A stretch of 63,944 bases of DNA, counting the filler, from Folioceros fuciformis (taxonomy: Eukaryota), in assembly GCA_049999805.1 (NCBI GenBank). It is 8 parts of 8 records of this genome, joined end to end, with 100 filler letters (N's around TTAATTAATTAA, not from the genome) between each part and the next. Parts side by side here need not be neighbours in the genome. Positions count along the whole stretch, not along the records: positions 49,934 to 61,995 come from JBNGIO010001475.1; positions 62,096 to 63,944 come from JBNGIO010001487.1; 6 more parts are not named here. One strand, 5' to 3'. Made by a program: the position numbers and the translations under genes. Of this stretch, positions 60,591 to 63,944 are shown in pieces. Every line of letters starts with the position of its first letter. Within the stretch, counting starts at the first letter, position 1. Under the pieces are notes generated by a model, which was not told the origin of the DNA, made no database searches, and worked only from the letters and a program-made list of their open reading frames with translations.

Positions 60591-61816
60591 TGTTGGCCAA
60601 TGCCTATCACACAACGATGGAGGCTTTTTCCTTGTAGAGTGTCATAATACACAAAAGAAAAAGGTTGCAAATGTGGTAGTAATTGGCTCTACTTAGTACT
60701 TTATTGCTTAACATGTGATCTTCAATCCTTTGGACTAAGTGGTAAAGGGACATACCGTAAACAAGGCTTAGAAGCTCTATCCAATAAGGGCACAGGTTTA
60801 TCCCCTATCAATATTAATTGAGATCCATGGTCAAGAACTTCTCTAGCTTTATTAAGGCATATATATATCATAATATCACAAATTATTGGAAAAGATGGCT
60901 TAGCCTCCTAATTTCAAATTGCACAATTTTTGTTTTTGCAACTGATATCCATGGTCCTAAACAAGTATTGACCAACACAAGAATTTATAGGATAATAGTA
61001 CTAAACATAGGGAGAAGGTATTATCTTCAACCCATGGGGTAGATAGACCTTTTCAAATCCTCTACTTTAATATCCTTATCATAATAGGTAGTTACAAGAT
61101 TGCAGAGTAGTTATTAGCGTCATAAGAATAGTTTTTTCCATGCTATAAGTAAATTTTACTATTAATTTTGAAATAAATTCTCAATTGTATGCAATTACTC
61201 TTTTAATTCTGCTTAATGTAATGGTTTGTAGCATGGTGACAATAGTAGTCCTTTATTAGATGTGGATTTTGACATCTCATTTGAAATGAAGTCTTAATTA
61301 TTCTATTTTATATTAAGTGATCCAAACAATAATAAATTTAATGAGAGAAAATAAGGTCTAGAGTTTAGGGTTAGGGCTACCCTAAAACCCTAAGGTTAAG
61401 ACAATGTATTGGTGGCACTTGTGTCTAATGTGGAAGTATCTCAAGTTCCAAATATTTTATTATTATTATTTAGAATTTATAACCAGTAAATAAAAAAATT
61501 AAGGAATTTGAGCTTAAGCGTATGCAGGTATGGGGACATCATGGGCATAGGCACCTTCAACTAGACCATGCATGTGGCAACAAAAAAGTCCGTCCCGAGG
61601 AATGCCACTTTGCACCACACCTAAGTGCACCTTCTATTGGATTTCTAGTTGGTGGCAAATGCACAAGCTTGAAAGGCAGCTAGCTACACACACACAAAAG
61701 CACCTGACTCCCGCCCTGTAGTTTGGCAGCCATTCATAGCTAATTTTCATCACTGCTCAGATGTTCTCATTGTGGCTGACCTTAGTGTGAATTATGGCTG
61801 CCTGAGGTGAGTGCAG

Positions 61817-61995
61817 GCACTGACACTTTGTATTCTTTGGCATAGCTCCTTGAACTAATTGCACTGACACTTTGTATTCTTTGGCATAGCTCCTTGAACT
61901 AATTGCACTGACACTTTGTATTCTTTGGCATAGCTCCTTGAACTAATTGCACTGACACTTTGTATTCTTTGGCATAGCTCCTTGAACTAATTGCA
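61817..61995. repeat. Perfect 44-bp tandem repeat, 4+ copies, running into the contig end
   Basis: GCACTGACACTTTGTATTCTTTGGCATAGCTCCTTGAACTAATT at 61817, 61861, 61905, 61949. Confidence 0.97.
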
Positions 61996-62095
61996 NNNNN
62001 NNNNNNNNNNNNNNNNNNNNNNNNNNNNNNNNNNNNNNNTTAATTAATTAANNNNNNNNNNNNNNNNNNNNNNNNNNNNNNNNNNNNNNNNNNNN
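61996..62095. other. Artificial contig linker
   Basis: 44 N + TTAATTAATTAA + 44 N. Confidence 0.98.
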
Positions 62096-62194
62096 TAGGT
62101 GTGTAAGAAGACAAGACAATAGTTGAAAAAATAGAAGCTCGAAGCTAAGTGTTTTGTGAATTGAGAATAGTTAAGTCCCGGTGACAGCTCATGA

Positions 62195-62560
62195 TACGAG
62201 ACAAGAAGTAAGCACGAAGAGGAATCTTGCAAGTGAATGGAGATAAGTCCCACAGGATAGCTCACAATATGGGGACAAGAAGTAAGCACGATAAGGAATC
62301 TTGCAATCCGTAACGAGTACTTGAGATAACAGTGCATGGAGATAAGCCCCACACGACACCTCATGGAGATAAGCCCCACACGACACCTCATGGAGATAAG
62401 CCCCACACGACACCTCACAATACGGGACACAGAAGCAAGCACTAAGAGACGTGTTCGTTTGCAACACTCCAATGTAATGTACTTAGCACGCCTTGGTGAT
62501 GTACAACTTGGAATAGTTCCAAAGTAAGCACAAGAGAGACGTGTTCTCTTGCAATAGTTC
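62195..62560. repeat. Modular degenerate repeats including 3 perfect 27-bp copies (62335-62415)
   Basis: CATGGAGATAAGCCCCACACGACACCT x3; recurring ACAAGAAGTAAGCACGA..GGAATCTTGCAA and GAGACGTGTTC. Confidence 0.85.
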
Positions 62561-63944
62561 TCTTCAATGTATGTACCTAAGACACTGGTAATGTGTACTT
62601 GGGATAAGTCTGAATGCACAGCCCGAGAGAGACAAGTCCTACATCACCAGCTCATAGTCAAGAGAGACAAGGTGTACCCCAAGCCCATGTAAAATGAAAT
62701 GTTCACACATGAATAGGACTCCCTTGAATTCATGAGCCTCCATGGGTACATATGAGATTGTTGTGGTGAAGTTGTATATATCCTCCCAATCAAATGCATA
62801 CTGATTGGAAGTATTGCAATGAATACTTCAGGTGTAGTGTAAGACATGTATGTAGTTTGTGTACGTGCGGCCGACAAAGTGCGTAGTGATTGAAGACTTG
62901 GAAGAAAAAAAAAAAAGTGAAGGATACTGAGTGGGCATGCGCTTATCGCTGCCTACCTACTACATACGTGGGCAAGTTGGTTTGGGCATTTATGAAGGGG
63001 CATTCATGTGGAGTGAATAAAAAAAAATTGGGAATAGGCGCCCTCGGGCTGGAGGCTGGATTTGGCGATTCGGCGGTTCGGCGATTCGGGTGGGCCGGGC
63101 ACAGAGGGGCAGCCGGGCACGGAGGGGCAGCCCGGGCTGACACCCTCTGCTTGCTGCGCGTCGGCACGAGATAACGTGAAGAGCGCTGTAGAGAGTGGAG
63201 AAAGCTGTCTTCCAACCAAAATAAAATCCCATATGTACAATGGAGCACGTTGACGCGGCTTTCCCTTCCCTTTTCTTATTTCCCTTCTCCGTAATATATG
63301 GGCGTCCATTTATGACAACGGCCACAATCCGGCCCGACGCGCTCCAGCTCTCCTTTAAGGCCCGCCTCGGGCCCCTTATTTTCCCTCCTCTGCCCTGCAG
63401 CAGCCTGCTCTGCGTGTGGCGTGCGCGCCCCGGCCCCAGCATGCGGAGCGGGTCTTGTCACCTTTCTCCTACCGCGCCTTTTGTACTCTTTCACGCTCCC
63501 AACCTCACGCTCCACGCCCCGCACTGCGCGATCTGGTTTTTTCTGCTGGCGGTAGCGTGGATGATTTGTGGCGGGGGTGTCGGATTGCGCGGCTCTGCTG
63601 CGCGTAGGCGCCTGGGTGTGCATCGATCGCCTGTTGAGAACCGCGGGATTTGGAGCGTTGTTGGGATTGAGCGCCACGTTGCTTGATTCCTGCTTTGTGC
63701 GGTGAGGTAGCTTGGCAACATTGAGCGTGAGCTGGTGCGGTGGCAGCAATTGTGAGCGGGGAGGTGCGGTGCGCGGGATCGACAGCGAGGCGAGGCGGAG
63801 GGAAGCGCTTGTGGTGCAATTTGTTGGTTGCGAGGCGTTTCCAGCGTCATCCAGCTGGATCGAGCACTTCTTGCGACCGGGCGTGCAGTGGGAGTGTTTT
63901 TCTCGTTGCCGCAGCGGGTCGCAGGCATGTTTGGACTATTGAGC

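Noticed and set aside
61817..61995. CRISPR array
   Set aside because: Head-to-tail identical units with no spacers.
1..63944. A multi-gene system linking EBF, IAN, AMPD, CHD3, lectin and others
   Set aside because: The genes lie on separate contigs joined artificially, and within-contig neighbours are functionally unrelated.
62880..63944. Protein-coding gene in the last GC-rich block
   Set aside because: Overlapping short ORFs on both strands with no motif. It looks like promoter or 5'UTR sequence, but I cannot support a call.

Overview
Land-plant nuclear DNA (GT-AG introns of mostly 70-300 nt, a plant cytosolic tRNA-Phe, TTTAGGG motifs; a fern or other non-seed plant is my guess, not provable here). 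The window is not one locus: it is 8 contigs joined by identical 100-nt artificial linkers (44 N + TTAATTAATTAA + 44 N), so adjacency across linkers means nothing. A (1-7473): EBF-type LRR protein (5' partial), AIG1/IAN GTPase, 78-bp tandem array. B (7574-13001): AMP deaminase (5' partial). C (13102-22708): LTR+PBS end of a retrotransposon and a CHD3/PICKLE-like remodeller with a very long low-complexity tail. D (22809-32164): TANGO6/Rtp1-like ORF, NARA5-like pfkB kinase, tRNA-Phe(GAA), CPP1/DUF3353 gene, divergent bulb-type lectin. E (32265-44335): two degenerate Ty1/copia elements apparently nested in an Athila-like remnant. F (44436-49833): PTH2 and squalene epoxidase (5' partial). G (49934-61995): IRKI/GIL1-family gene, relic of an RLE-type (CRE-like) non-LTR retrotransposon, tandem repeats, telomere-motif palindromes. 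H (62096-63944): repeats and a GC-rich stretch. I see no convincing novel multi-gene system. The best leads are the RLE-type retroelement, the shortened TANGO6-like protein, the atypical CHD3, the long pre-Gag frame of a copia element and the divergent lectin. All family calls come from remembered motifs; no searches were run.
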